64,000 nt of DNA from Alphaproteobacteria bacterium UBA3773 (GCA_002372275.1 DFFP01000025.1:2157-66156); one strand, 5' to 3'; positions 10,167 through 20,409 are shown, counted from the stretch's first letter. Made by a program: numbers and translations. Notes: generated from the sequence alone by a model not told the origin.

Positions 10167-11420
10167 TTAACTGTTCATATTATTAAAGAAGTCTTTGTTA
10201 TCTTTTGAAATCTTTAATTTATCAAGCAAAAATTCCATACCATCCGTTATTCCCATTTGCATTAAAACGCGGCGCAAGACCCACATTTTAGAAAGTGTTG
10301 CCTTATCAACAAGAAGTTCTTCCTTACGTGTTCCCGAACGCGTGATATCGATTGTCGGGAACAAACGTTTATCGGTTAATTTTCGGTCTAAAATAATTTC
10401 AGAGTTACCTGTTCCTTTGAACTCTTCAAAAATAACTTCATCCATTTTAGAGCCGGTATCAATTAAAGCTGTAGCAATAATTGTCAAACTTCCGCCTTCT
10501 TCCACATTTCTTGCTGCACCAAGTAATCTTTTTGGGCGCTGCAAGGCATTTGCATCCACACCACCTGTTAAAACCTTACCGGATGATGGAACAACAGCGT
10601 TATAAGCTCGACCTAAACGTGTAATTGAATCAAGTAAAATCACAACATCTTTTTTCATCTCAACCAAACGTTTAGCTTTTTCAATCACAAGCTCAGCTAC
10701 TTGAACATGACGTGTTGCCGGCTCATCAAATGTTGATGAAATCACCTCACCTTTAACGGAACGTGTCATATCCGTCACTTCTTCAGGTCTTTCATCAATA
10801 AGAAGTACCATCAAATAAACTTCCGGATGATTGGTTGAAATCGCATGCGCGATATTTTGCAGCATCACGGTTTTACCTGTTCTGGGCGGTGCCACAATTA
10901 AACCTCTCTGTCCTTTACCTTGAGGCGAAATCAAATCAATGACGCGAGTTGTATAATCTTTTTCTCCGCATATAATATCAAAGTTCAGCTTTTCAGTCGG
11001 ATAAAGAGGTGTTAGGTTATCAAAATTAACTCTGAGTTTTGACTTTTCAGGGTCTTCAAAATTAACTTTATTAACGCTTGTTAAAGCAAAATAGTGTTCA
11101 TTTTCTTTGGGCGCTCTGATTTCCCCTTCAACGGTATCACCTGTTCTTAAAGAATACTTTTTCACCTGTTGAGGTGCCACATAAATATCATCGGCTGAAG
11201 CTAAATAATTTGAGTTAGATGATCTTAAAAAACCAAATCCGTCAGGTAAAACTTCAATCACACCATCACCATATATAACCTCATTACCATCGGCGATTTT
11301 ATTCATAATCGCAAAAACCAAATCCTGCACACGCATGGAAGAGGCTTCTTCCACACCTAAATCTTCAGCCCAAGTCAATAACTCCTTAGGAGATTTTTCT
11401 TTTAATTCCTTTAAATACAT
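10167..11420 (-). CDS. rho: Transcription termination factor Rho
   Basis: N-terminal Rho motif [22 protein letters not shown]-binding GFGFLR. Walker A PPRTGKT. 417 aa. Confidence 0.97.
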   Translation of the reverse strand: MYLKELKEKSPKELLTWAEDLGVEEASSMRVQDLVFAIMNKIADGNEVIYGDGVIEVLPDGFGFLRSSNSNYLASADDIYVAPQQVKKYSLRTGDTVEGEIRAPKENEHYFALTSVNKVNFEDPEKSKLRVNFDNLTPLYPTEKLNFDIICGEKDYTTRVIDLISPQGKGQRGLIVAPPRTGKTVMLQNIAHAISTNHPEVYLMVLLIDERPEEVTDMTRSVKGEVISSTFDEPATRHVQVAELVIEKAKRLVEMKKDVVILLDSITRLGRAYNAVVPSSGKVLTGGVDANALQRPKRLLGAARNVEEGGSLTIIATALIDTGSKMDEVIFEEFKGTGNSEIILDRKLTDKRLFPTIDITRSGTRKEELLVDKATLSKMWVLRRVLMQMGITDGMEFLLDKLKISKDNKDFFNNMNS

Positions 11421-11826
11421 CTTGATACCTTATAAAATGAAAAAAAATGAGAGAATACTCACTTGAAAAGTGATATATCATGATTATTATAAAAAGTCAA
11501 TGTATGAGCGTTAAAAAAATTATACACACCATTTTTTTGCATACAATATTTATAATATTTTATTGTTTTAGTTGTATATCTTAGCTTAAATTGTGCATAA
11601 AAAAATATCCACCGGTTTATCAACAAAATCAAAAATTTGAAAAACAAGATATTTCAAAAACTTGCAAATATTATAAACAATATAAGCAAGTTGTTAAAAA
11701 AGATATGAACATGTTTATAAATGATATAATTTCTTTTGCAATAGATTCATAAAAAAGCTAAAATGCGCAATATATAACAAGTTATACACAAAAAAAGTTA
11801 ATAATGTGTATAAATATGGAAAGAAA

Positions 11827-12411
11827 ATGAATTTAATCGGTATTACAGGCAATATAGGCAGCGGAAAATCAGAAACGGGGCGTATTTTAAAGTCACTGGG
11901 ATATGTTGTTTTTGACATGGATGTATGGTGCCGCCAAATGTATCATGACACCTTATTTCTTCAAAAAATCAAAGAAAATTTTCCCTACACTTTTGAAAAA
12001 GGTGTTTTTAATAAACGACTCTTACGTCAAACAGTCTTTTCAAATATAAAAGAACTTCAAAAACTAGAAGCATTAACACACCCTTATTTGGTTCAAAAAT
12101 TTATTAAAACAGCGCATCGTTTTCGTTTTTCACCTTATCCTGTTTTTATACAAACGGCTTTACTTTATCAGATGAATTTATTTAAATACTGTCAAAAAGT
12201 GATTTATACCACAGCGCCCTATCATATTATCAAAGAACGTGTGATCAAAAGAGATGGTGTTAAATCTTCGTCTGTTGATGATATTTTAAAAAATCAACTT
12301 CAATCCGAAGTTTGTCAAAAATATGCCGATATCGTACTTCAAACAGATACTGATTTAAGTGTTTTAAAAGCAGAAATCATCAAAATTTTAATTAAGGAAA
12401 TAGAATGTTAA
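11827..12411 (+). CDS. coaE: Dephospho-CoA kinase
   Basis: MNLIGITGNIGSGKSE P-loop at the N-terminus. The ATG at 11827 is preferred over the upstream GTG at 11806. Overlaps dnaQ by 7 nt. Confidence 0.85.
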   Translation: MNLIGITGNIGSGKSETGRILKSLGYVVFDMDVWCRQMYHDTLFLQKIKENFPYTFEKGVFNKRLLRQTVFSNIKELQKLEALTHPYLVQKFIKTAHRFRFSPYPVFIQTALLYQMNLFKYCQKVIYTTAPYHIIKERVIKRDGVKSSSVDDILKNQLQSEVCQKYADIVLQTDTDLSVLKAEIIKILIKEIEC

Positions 12412-13091
12412 GAGAAATTGTGTTTGATACCGAAACAACCGGACTTGATCCTAAAACAGGCGATAAACTTGTTGAAATAGGTGCTTTAGAATTGATTAAT
12501 CATATTCCGACCGGTCGCACCTATCATCAATATATCAATCCGATGCGTGATGTGCCTGAAGAAGTTGTTAAAATTCACGGACTTTCAAACGATTTTTTAA
12601 AAAACTATCCGAAATTTTCCGAAATTGCAGAGGATTTTCTCTCATTTGTCGGTGATGATGGTGTTATGGTGGCGCATAATGCAACATTTGATATGAATTT
12701 TGTTAATTATGAGCTCAAACATGGTGGTTTTGAAACACTTGAAAAACATAAAGTGATTGATACTCTTGAAATTGCAAAGTCTAAATTTCCCGGCGCTCGA
12801 AATAACTTAGATGCTCTTTGTCACCGCTATAATATTGATAACTCTAAGCGTACCAAACACGGCGCTCTTTTAGATGCCGAATTATTATCCGAAGTTTATC
12901 TTGAACTACTGGGCGGTGTCGAACCGAGCATGAATTTATCTTCTGCTCAAAAAAAATCCGAAGAAAAAATTGAAAACATCACAAGACAGGTCCGACCGAA
13001 AAGAACATTTTCTTTATCGCCCGAAGAATTACAAATTCATGATGATTTTTTGGCGCAAAAAATAAAAAACCCATTATGGCTTAAAGAGTAA
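12405..13091 (+). CDS. dnaQ: DNA polymerase III epsilon subunit (3'-5' exonuclease)
   Basis: Exo motifs IVFDTETTGLDP, VAHNATFDMNF, HGALLDAELLSEVY. Confidence 0.92.
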   Translation: MLREIVFDTETTGLDPKTGDKLVEIGALELINHIPTGRTYHQYINPMRDVPEEVVKIHGLSNDFLKNYPKFSEIAEDFLSFVGDDGVMVAHNATFDMNFVNYELKHGGFETLEKHKVIDTLEIAKSKFPGARNNLDALCHRYNIDNSKRTKHGALLDAELLSEVYLELLGGVEPSMNLSSAQKKSEEKIENITRQVRPKRTFSLSPEELQIHDDFLAQKIKNPLWLKE

Positions 13092-13769
13092 ATGTCAGAA
13101 CTTATTGATAAAATCATAGATTATTTCAAATGGCCGATAGCTATATATATGTTTATATCGCTGCCATCGCTGTTAAAATCGTTTGAATTTTTCAATTGGA
13201 CAACGTTTAAGTTTATTGCCTTATTTATAGGTCTTGTATGCTTTATATTTGTGAAAATATCGATGGATCCGTCGATGCGTGTAAATATGCAGGTTTTAGC
13301 TCACGAATTATCACACAGTATATTTGCGCTCTTAACATTTCATAAAGTTAAACACCTTCATATCAACGCAGATGATACAGGCGGTGAAATGGGGTTTACG
13401 GGGCGAGGTAATTTTTTAATTGTTATCGCGCCATATTTTTTTCCGTTTTTTGCACTTATTTATATGGTTGTGATGAGCTTTTTACCTGACCATTATATGT
13501 ATAACGGCCTGCTTGGTTTTTTTCTGGGCTATCATTTAGATACGGTTTTATCACAAATTCACCCCAAACAAACGGATTTACCGAAAGTCGGCTATCTTTT
13601 TTGTTTTCTTTTTCTACCCGGCATCAATTTGTTTGTCATCGGCTCAATTTTAGCTTTTAACAGCCGCGGATGGGGTGGAATGGCTGATTATATTTTACTT
13701 ATCAATCGCCTTAATTTTGAGTTTATTCATCAAGCTCTCGAATACATAAAGACGATAAATCCATTTTAA
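13092..13769 (+). CDS. Polytopic membrane protein with HExxH motif (M50B-like putative metalloprotease)
   Basis: Several TM segments. AHELSHSI lies at a TM boundary. Starts directly after the dnaQ stop. Confidence 0.5.
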   Translation: MSELIDKIIDYFKWPIAIYMFISLPSLLKSFEFFNWTTFKFIALFIGLVCFIFVKISMDPSMRVNMQVLAHELSHSIFALLTFHKVKHLHINADDTGGEMGFTGRGNFLIVIAPYFFPFFALIYMVVMSFLPDHYMYNGLLGFFLGYHLDTVLSQIHPKQTDLPKVGYLFCFLFLPGINLFVIGSILAFNSRGWGGMADYILLINRLNFEFIHQALEYIKTINPF

Positions 13770-14610
13770 TCTTTTTCCCAATCGGTAAAATCACTTTATC
13801 TTTGATATGCCCGTACGGAAAGTTATAAACAACCGGCACATCCACACTTTTTGAAAAACGACAGATGATTTCATCAACCGAGCCGTCACATTCGTCAGCT
13901 GTTTCACATTTTTCAAAAGAGCCGAAAATCAATCCTTTTATTTTATTAAATCCCTTTTGAAGTTTGAGTTGTTGTAACATCAAATCGATATGATATGTTT
14001 TTTCTCCCACATCTTCAATTAAAACAATTTTATCTTCCAAATCCGGAAAATAAGGTGTTCCGCAAAGTGACATAAACACACTCAAACACCCGCCGATGAG
14101 TATACCTTCACTATCCTTATGATTGATAATATCAAATTGATTGCTTGAAAAAGGAACACCGTGAAGTGTATTTAAGAGTGATTTTTCGGTTAAAGGTGAT
14201 ATTGCCCCGCTTTTGAAATCATAAATCGGTAAAAATCCGGTATAAGAAACATTATTTGCTTTTGTATAAAGTGCATTTTGAAGCGCTGTCGAATCGCTTA
14301 AACCGAAAACAGGTTTCGGGTTCTGGCGGATAACATCATAATCAAGTTTATCTAAAACTTTTAATGCCCCTGCCCCGCCTCTGATACAAAAAATAGCTTT
14401 AATATCCGGGTTTAAGAATGCTTGATTAATATCTTTTGCCCGATTTTCGCTTGAACCTGCTTCATAAAAACATCTGTCATACGCATTTTCAGATATAACA
14501 GGCTTAAAACCCTGATTTTCAAACCACGCCAAACCTTGTCTTAAATCATTTTGTTCAAACCATCCGGATGGTGCAATGAAAGCAATTTGATCACCTTTTT
14601 CTAAAATCAT
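13723..14610 (-). CDS. ldcA: LD-carboxypeptidase (peptidase S66, LdcA-like)
   Basis: IAFIAPSG; nucleophile motif GLSDSTAL; LIEDVGE; C-terminal FPYGHI (Ser-Glu-His triad context). Confidence 0.8.
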   Translation of the reverse strand: MILEKGDQIAFIAPSGWFEQNDLRQGLAWFENQGFKPVISENAYDRCFYEAGSSENRAKDINQAFLNPDIKAIFCIRGGAGALKVLDKLDYDVIRQNPKPVFGLSDSTALQNALYTKANNVSYTGFLPIYDFKSGAISPLTEKSLLNTLHGVPFSSNQFDIINHKDSEGILIGGCLSVFMSLCGTPYFPDLEDKIVLIEDVGEKTYHIDLMLQQLKLQKGFNKIKGLIFGSFEKCETADECDGSVDEIICRFSKSVDVPVVYNFPYGHIKDKVILPIGKKIKMDLSSLCIRELDE

Positions 14611-15968
14611 TTTAAGCCCTCCAAAATACTTTTAGCAAAAGTGGTTAATGTGTTATCCCTGGCACCCATTATTACAATTCTATCGCCTTTTTGAGCTGTT
14701 TTTAAGATCTCATTTTTGATTTCATCACGCGTTTGTTTATAAACGGCGTTTATTCCAAGCGATAAAGCTTCTTTGATTAAGTCTTCGGATGATATATCGC
14801 GTGTGACGGTTCCACCCGTATAATAAATATCCGGCATAAAAAGCACATCATCTTTATCTAAAAGCGTTGCAAACACTTTGATAATATCGCTTCCCATCAT
14901 TTTCATCGGCTTAAAACCATGCGGTTGAAACATAATTAAAAGCCGCCCTTTATAATCCTTAAGCGCTGAAACGGAAGCTTTAATTTTATCAGGATTATGT
15001 GCAAAATCATCAATAACGGTGATGTTATTTTTAATTCCTATGACATCAAGCCTTCTTTTCGTGCCTAAAAAATCTTCTAAAACCAAAGCCGCTTTTAACG
15101 GGTCAATTCCAAGCAAACTCACGCACGCAATCGCCGCGGCTGCGTTAGAAACGTTAAAAGCCCCGATAAGCGAAAGCTGAAAATCATGATTTTTGAATTT
15201 ATACGATACACCGTTTTTCATCGGTTTAATGTCATATAAATAAACATCTGCATCTTTGTTATAAATTGAAAAAGTCACAACATTTTTTAAGCTCAATAAT
15301 TCTTTTGAATAAGCACAATCCAAATTCACAACGGCATATTTTGAGCGCTTGGCAAAATCTGAAAACAATTGCTTTAATTCGCTTATATCCTTATGATCTT
15401 TTCCGATGTTGTTAATCACACCGATATAAGGCGTATATTTTTCGATTGACCCGTCCGATTCGTCAGCCTCAATCACTACAATTTGCCCGTCATTTAAGAT
15501 AACGTTTTCAATTCCTTTTTGATTTTGATAATTTTTCATCAGTCCGCCGTTTATAACGGTTGGCTCAAAGCCGAGGTTATCTAAAATAAAACCGATCATG
15601 GCGGTTAACGTGGTTTTACCCGATGTTCCACCCACGGCAATACCTTTTGAAAAGGAAGAAAAAATTTTTTGAAGTAAATCTGATCTTTTTTTAATCGGTA
15701 TATTGAACTCAATCGCTTTTTGAACATCAGGAATCGAATCTTCCACAGCTGTCGAAACATATAAAAAATCCATATCAGGTGTAACAGATGAGCCGTCTTG
15801 CTTAAAAATTTTAATCCCGATTGATTCTAATGCTTTTTTATTTTCAAGATCATGTCCAAGGTCAAAACTTCGATCTGAGCCCGAAACATCAACACCTTTT
15901 GCTTTCAAAACCTGTGCGAGCGCACTCATTCCGCTTCCTGAGATACCGCAAAAACTGACTTTAACCAT
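14607..15968 (-). CDS. MurC-family Mur ligase (MurC or Mpl-like recycling ligase)
   Basis: GISGSGMSALAQVLKAKGVDVSGSD, GTSGKTT, EADESDGS, NIGKDH, DDFAHNP, FQPH. The ATG at 15968 avoids overlap with the upstream gene. 4-nt overlap with ldcA. Confidence 0.78.
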   Translation of the reverse strand: MVKVSFCGISGSGMSALAQVLKAKGVDVSGSDRSFDLGHDLENKKALESIGIKIFKQDGSSVTPDMDFLYVSTAVEDSIPDVQKAIEFNIPIKKRSDLLQKIFSSFSKGIAVGGTSGKTTLTAMIGFILDNLGFEPTVINGGLMKNYQNQKGIENVILNDGQIVVIEADESDGSIEKYTPYIGVINNIGKDHKDISELKQLFSDFAKRSKYAVVNLDCAYSKELLSLKNVVTFSIYNKDADVYLYDIKPMKNGVSYKFKNHDFQLSLIGAFNVSNAAAAIACVSLLGIDPLKAALVLEDFLGTKRRLDVIGIKNNITVIDDFAHNPDKIKASVSALKDYKGRLLIMFQPHGFKPMKMMGSDIIKVFATLLDKDDVLFMPDIYYTGGTVTRDISSEDLIKEALSLGINAVYKQTRDEIKNEILKTAQKGDRIVIMGARDNTLTTFAKSILEGLK

Positions 15969-15981
15969 TTGATTATCCTTT

Positions 15982-16824
15982 TTAGAGCGCATCATACATT
16001 TCTTTGAGCTCAATATCTTGCATTTTTAGGTTCTTATAATCAATGATAATATAGGTATATCCGTCTGCGTTGGCTAAAAGTGCAAGTGTCACGCCGATAT
16101 GATCGCCCTCAAAAGTTGAAAAAAGGGTTGATTCGCCGCTCATTAGTTTTTCTTTAAATCCGTCTGAGCCTTTTTCTAACAGAACTTGTTTAATGGAGTG
16201 TGATACCGTGCCGTCTTCAGCTTTTTTTTCTTCATCCACGTTCATAACAGCCGGTGTAAAAAACTCCTGCGGGTTTCCGTATTTATCTTTTAAGATGTCA
16301 TAAAATTTCTGATATTCTTCCAGACCTTTAGAAGCGTTTGAATCATCTTCAATCAGGTTACCATAAGCCGCGATTCGCCACAAAGCGTCCGTATTTCCAA
16401 AACTGACTAAAACTTCTCTAAATGCCGTTAAAGGTTTTGGTAAATTTGTGGCCATATAGCTGTTTGGAGAGTCTTTAACGTTGGTTTTGGTTAAAATTAC
16501 TTTCATATATTCAATTTCGCTTTTGGGCGCAAGCCATTTTAAACCGAAAGGTGCAATTTCATAGACTTGTGTTATAACTTCTTTGTTTTTATCCTCTTTG
16601 ACCTGAATTTTTGCATTTTCATCAATACGTAATTTAATCGGTTTCTGGTCTAAAATTTCACCGGCTTTGAGTTGTCCTTCCATACGGCCGATATCTTCTT
16701 GTGCTTGTTGTTTAATTTCGTCTGTCATAACCAAATCATCAAAAAAATCATTTTGAGCCGAAACAAGGGTAGGTTCTGAAGAGGCTAAAAGAAGGATGAA
16801 AATATAAAAAAGGTGTTTTTTCAT
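15982..16824 (-). CDS. Exported hypothetical protein
   Basis: Clear signal peptide MKKHLFYIFILLLASSEPTLVSAQ. No family recognised. Confidence 0.5.
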   Translation of the reverse strand: MKKHLFYIFILLLASSEPTLVSAQNDFFDDLVMTDEIKQQAQEDIGRMEGQLKAGEILDQKPIKLRIDENAKIQVKEDKNKEVITQVYEIAPFGLKWLAPKSEIEYMKVILTKTNVKDSPNSYMATNLPKPLTAFREVLVSFGNTDALWRIAAYGNLIEDDSNASKGLEEYQKFYDILKDKYGNPQEFFTPAVMNVDEEKKAEDGTVSHSIKQVLLEKGSDGFKEKLMSGESTLFSTFEGDHIGVTLALLANADGYTYIIIDYKNLKMQDIELKEMYDAL

Positions 16825-16924
16825 TTAAAATCTCCGAAAAACAAAAGAAAAAAATTGAACAAGGTTCATTTTTTGTGTATGAATATATAAATCATATTTC
16901 TTAATTTTACGATAAGATTTTGCC

Positions 16925-17518
16925 ATGAATAAAGATGATATTCAAGAAAATTTAATAAAAATCGGTCGCAACATTGTTCAAGAAAAAGGGCCTGATTTTC
17001 TTACAGCGCGTAAGCTTTCCGAGGCTTCCGGTTATTCTGTCGGAACGATTTACAATCAATTCGGAAATATGGATAATTACATTTTGATACAAAATTATAT
17101 CACACTTGACACACTTTATCATAACCTCATCAAGGTTCAAAAAAATAGTTCTTACGAAAAATTAAACGAATACATTCGTATTTTTGCTGAATTTGTTCTT
17201 CAAAACAGATTTTTATGGCACATGCTTTTTAATTTTCACTTAAATTGTACCGATCGTTTGTTCTCTGTGACATATTTACGCCGTGTTTCTATGATCATCT
17301 CTTTATTTGAAAAAAATTTAACTGATCTTTATCAAGGTCTTGAGTTCAAAAAGCGGCATGCGTTTGTTGAAGTGTTATGGATTACTTTATTTGCTTTAAG
17401 TTCTCTTTTAACAACGTCGGCGCTTGAAACATACAGCAAAATAAATGCCACAAAAATTTGTGAGTTGCTGCTTAATACTTATTTAGCAGGTATTAAAGTG
17501 TCTGAAAGAATCGGATAA
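16925..17518 (+). CDS. TetR-family transcriptional regulator
   Basis: N-terminal HTH LTARKLSEASGYSVGTIYNQFGN. About 200 aa, all-helical. Confidence 0.8.
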   Translation: MNKDDIQENLIKIGRNIVQEKGPDFLTARKLSEASGYSVGTIYNQFGNMDNYILIQNYITLDTLYHNLIKVQKNSSYEKLNEYIRIFAEFVLQNRFLWHMLFNFHLNCTDRLFSVTYLRRVSMIISLFEKNLTDLYQGLEFKKRHAFVEVLWITLFALSSLLTTSALETYSKINATKICELLLNTYLAGIKVSERIG

Positions 17519-18075
17519 TGGATTTTATTCATCTCTTGTTTTCTAAAATTCAAAATTTTTTTAATGATCCTGAAACGTTAAGAATATTTGTAGGCAATCG
17601 TTTTTTGATGATTTTCTTTGTTATTTTTATCGTTCGATTAAAGTATAAAACATACTCTAACATATATTTGGCATCTCTGATTAATATTCCCGGAACACTT
17701 TTACATGAAACTGCTCACTTTGTTGTCGGTTTTTTATTAAATGCTTCTCCGACGAGTTTTAATATCTTTCCTAAGCGACAGGGAGACTACTATATGATGG
17801 GCAGTGTAGGGTTTAGAAATGTTCAATTTTATAATGCAATTCCGGCATCATTTGCCCCTTTAATTCTTCTTGTAATAGGCTATTATTTTAATCGATGGTT
17901 CTTTTCAAATATTGAAATAGGATATATCAATTATCTTTTATATATTTTACTTCAAAGCATCATAATTGAAAATGCCATTCCATCCGTAACAGATATCAAG
18001 GTTGCATTTTCTCATCCGGTCGGTGTTATTTTTTATAGTGTTTTATTTGTTTTATCTGTGATTTTTCTTTTTTGA
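17518..18075 (+). CDS. Polytopic membrane protein with HExxH motif (second M50B-like paralogue)
   Basis: LLHETAHFVVGFLL followed by further TM segments. Its start overlaps the TetR stop (TAATG). Confidence 0.45.
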   Translation: MDFIHLLFSKIQNFFNDPETLRIFVGNRFLMIFFVIFIVRLKYKTYSNIYLASLINIPGTLLHETAHFVVGFLLNASPTSFNIFPKRQGDYYMMGSVGFRNVQFYNAIPASFAPLILLVIGYYFNRWFFSNIEIGYINYLLYILLQSIIIENAIPSVTDIKVAFSHPVGVIFYSVLFVLSVIFLF

Positions 18076-18083
18076 ATTAAATC

Positions 18084-18893
18084 TTAAAATTTTTCATGAA
18101 CATATTCTTCAACTGTTTTGGAAAAAGTCTTTATATACGATTCATCTATATGTAATTTTCTTAAAATATCCGGCATTTTTTTAAAAATTTTAAGGCGTTT
18201 ACAATAGAAAATACTGTAAGGATAATTGATATCAAAAAGCCAAGCAAATGTTGTAATAGCACTATCGGCAGTTGTTTTTGAAAATTTCCGAACCACAATT
18301 TTTTTATTTATAAAAAAGTCCCAAACTGCATCTGTAATTTTTTCTGAATTTGGTTTATCTTTACCTGCAAACCAAAACTCAAAACGCTCATCTGAAACAA
18401 AAAGCGGGTACCAATTTGCGATTTTATCGGCGTCACGAATTGCAAAACAAATATGTTTAACAATATCTTGCGTTTTCTCATCTAAATTCTGATATTCTGG
18501 GTCGTTATATAAATCTTCGATGATGTGCCCGTGATGTTTAATCGGAAGTGTAATATATAGATGATTAAATTCTTCAAATTGTTTTAAGAATTCTGCTCCT
18601 TGCACACCGTGGTCGCTTCTTTCTCCCGTCAAACAGAGCTTAGTATACTCTCTAAAGCGATAAATGTCGTGAAGCAAAACAGCCACACGACATATTTCCA
18701 TAAATTCCGGAGTTTTATCTTGAAAAAAAGCTTCATGAAGCAAAATCCCATTTCCGGCGCCCATCACTTGAAGCGAATGAACATATTTTTCATCTATAAA
18801 ACCTTTATAATAAGAGTTTGTTTTAACTTGTTCAAAAGCCTCTTTGTACTCTTTAAGTAAAAGGGCTTTTGCTTTAGAATATAATAGTCCCAT
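18084..18893 (-). CDS. HD-domain phosphohydrolase
   Basis: H...HD...H...D pattern: HSLQV, LLHDIYRF, DHGVQGAEFL, IRDADKI. Confidence 0.7.
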   Translation of the reverse strand: MGLLYSKAKALLLKEYKEAFEQVKTNSYYKGFIDEKYVHSLQVMGAGNGILLHEAFFQDKTPEFMEICRVAVLLHDIYRFREYTKLCLTGERSDHGVQGAEFLKQFEEFNHLYITLPIKHHGHIIEDLYNDPEYQNLDEKTQDIVKHICFAIRDADKIANWYPLFVSDERFEFWFAGKDKPNSEKITDAVWDFFINKKIVVRKFSKTTADSAITTFAWLFDINYPYSIFYCKRLKIFKKMPDILRKLHIDESYIKTFSKTVEEYVHEKF

Positions 18894-18912
18894 TTTTTAT
18901 AGTCCTATTTTT

Positions 18913-19224
18913 TTACTTATTTGCGTTGATCCAAGATGTCACAGAGGCTTCAGATGTAAAACCGATTTTTGAATCGATTTGTTTTCCGTCTTTGAAAAGG
19001 AACATACACGGAATACTTCTGATTTCAAATGAGGCAGCTGTGTTCGGTGCTTCGTCGACGTTCACTTTGCAGAACTTTACATCAGGCATTTGAGCAGAAA
19101 CATTTTCCAAAATAGGGCCGAGTTGACGACACGGACCGCACCATTCAGCCCAAAAATCAACCAAAACCAAACCTTTTGAATCAAAAACTTCTGATTTGAA
19201 ATTATCTTCGCTTAAGTTTAACAT
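18913..19224 (-). CDS. trxA: Thioredoxin
   Basis: VLVDFWAEWCGPCRQL active site. 103 aa. Confidence 0.93.
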   Translation of the reverse strand: MLNLSEDNFKSEVFDSKGLVLVDFWAEWCGPCRQLGPILENVSAQMPDVKFCKVNVDEAPNTAASFEIRSIPCMFLFKDGKQIDSKIGFTSEASVTSWINANK

Positions 19225-19293
19225 TTTTTTCCTTTCAACAAAATTGCACTTTTATATATAGTGTTTTTTATTTCAAATTAAAGACACACAAAT

Positions 19294-19539
19294 TTATTTA
19301 ACATCTGTTCCTGTCTTTTTATAGCAGTGACAGTGACAAATTCCGTCACGTTCAATATCAGTTTTACAAAGTTCCGAGCCGCAATATCTTTCGGGATTTT
19401 GCCCGTCACAAGGGCAGCGTTGCCACTCTTTATCGCCAAACATCATTGTTTTGGCACGTGCGATTTTTTCGATATTTTCCGTGGGTTCATAGCCGCCTTC
19501 TTTGCAGCTCTGAAGCATTTTTTCTAAAATGGTTGCCAT
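19294..19539 (-). CDS. Ferredoxin:thioredoxin reductase catalytic-subunit-like Cys-rich protein
   Basis: 81 aa with CPC-x8-C-x4-C-x9-CHCHC (CPCDGQNPERYCGSELCKTDIERDGICHCHCY). This resembles the CPC...CPC...CHC signature of FTR beta chains. Confidence 0.55.
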   Translation of the reverse strand: MATILEKMLQSCKEGGYEPTENIEKIARAKTMMFGDKEWQRCPCDGQNPERYCGSELCKTDIERDGICHCHCYKKTGTDVK

Positions 19540-19551
19540 AATTAAAGTCCT

Positions 19552-20409
19552 TTATCTCTCAAGTTTTGCAAGTAATTCTTCGAGCTCAACAAAATTGTTA
19601 TAGCTCAAAACGATTTTCCCTTTTCCTTTCTTATTGAAAGAAATTTGCGTTTTTACGTTATAACGACGTGTTAATTCTTCTTGCAGTTTCAAAACATCGT
19701 CACTGGGTGTAAAAACTTTTTTCTCTTTTTTACCATTTTTTATTGTGTTAATCAAGTCTTCCGTTTGACGAACGCTCAAATTTTTTGCAATGATTTGAAG
19801 TGCGATTTCCTCGGCGTTTTCAAGGCCGATGAGCGGTCGAACGTGTCCGATGGTCAGTTTTCCTTGAGAAACATAATCTTGAACAGATTTCGGTAATTCT
19901 AAAAGCCTTAACGAGTTTGTGATATAACTTCTTGATTTTCCAATAGATTTTGAAATATTTTCATGTGTTAAACTAAATTCTTCCGTGAGTGTATGAAATC
20001 CGTTTGCTTCTTCGATCGGGTTTAAATTTTTTCGCATGAGGTTTTCAATCATCGAAATTTCAAAAGCCTCACAATCACTCAATTCTTTTTGAATAACCGG
20101 AACTTCTTTTAAGTTTGCTTTTAACGCGGCGCGATAGCGTCGTTCGCCTGCTACGATTTCAAAAAAATCACCTTTCGGGCGAACGAGAATCGGTTCTAAA
20201 ATACCTTTTTGGGAAATGGACTGAGCGAGTTCTTCCAATCCTTCTTCGTTAAAGTCCTGTCGCGGTTGAGATGTACAAACCTTGATTTTTTCAACCGGTA
20301 ACGTTTGATTGTTTTCAGATAACACCAAATTATCAAGATTAAATGTTTCCGAATCGTCACCGAATAAAGCATCTAAACCTCTGCCAAGTCCGTGTTTTTG
20401 TTCTGTCAT
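19552..20409 (-). CDS. parB: Chromosome partitioning protein ParB
   Basis: GLGRGLDALF, ParB box EPILVRP...EIVAGERRYRAA, HTH region SIGKSRSYITNSLRLL. Confidence 0.93.
   Translation of the reverse strand: MTEQKHGLGRGLDALFGDDSETFNLDNLVLSENNQTLPVEKIKVCTSQPRQDFNEEGLEELAQSISQKGILEPILVRPKGDFFEIVAGERRYRAALKANLKEVPVIQKELSDCEAFEISMIENLMRKNLNPIEEANGFHTLTEEFSLTHENISKSIGKSRSYITNSLRLLELPKSVQDYVSQGKLTIGHVRPLIGLENAEEIALQIIAKNLSVRQTEDLINTIKNGKKEKKVFTPSDDVLKLQEELTRRYNVKTQISFNKKGKGKIVLSYNNFVELEELLAKLER

Noticed and set aside
10195-10605. 136-aa + strand ORF inside rho, and similar antisense ORFs inside gyrB, valS, tolC, mnmE, mutS, sucC, the RND permease and the VirB6-like genes
   Set aside because: Each is fully embedded antisense or out of frame in a strongly supported gene, and has no independent motif or start signal.
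11421-11805. The very AT-rich 385-nt divergent intergenic region (rho / coaE) as a replication origin
   Set aside because: It has only one near-DnaA-box (atATCCACc, at about 11595) and no clear box cluster or TTAA-N7-TTAA sites. It is more simply explained as divergent promoters. The short ORFs 11459..11647 and 11715..11918 there are AT-rich noise.
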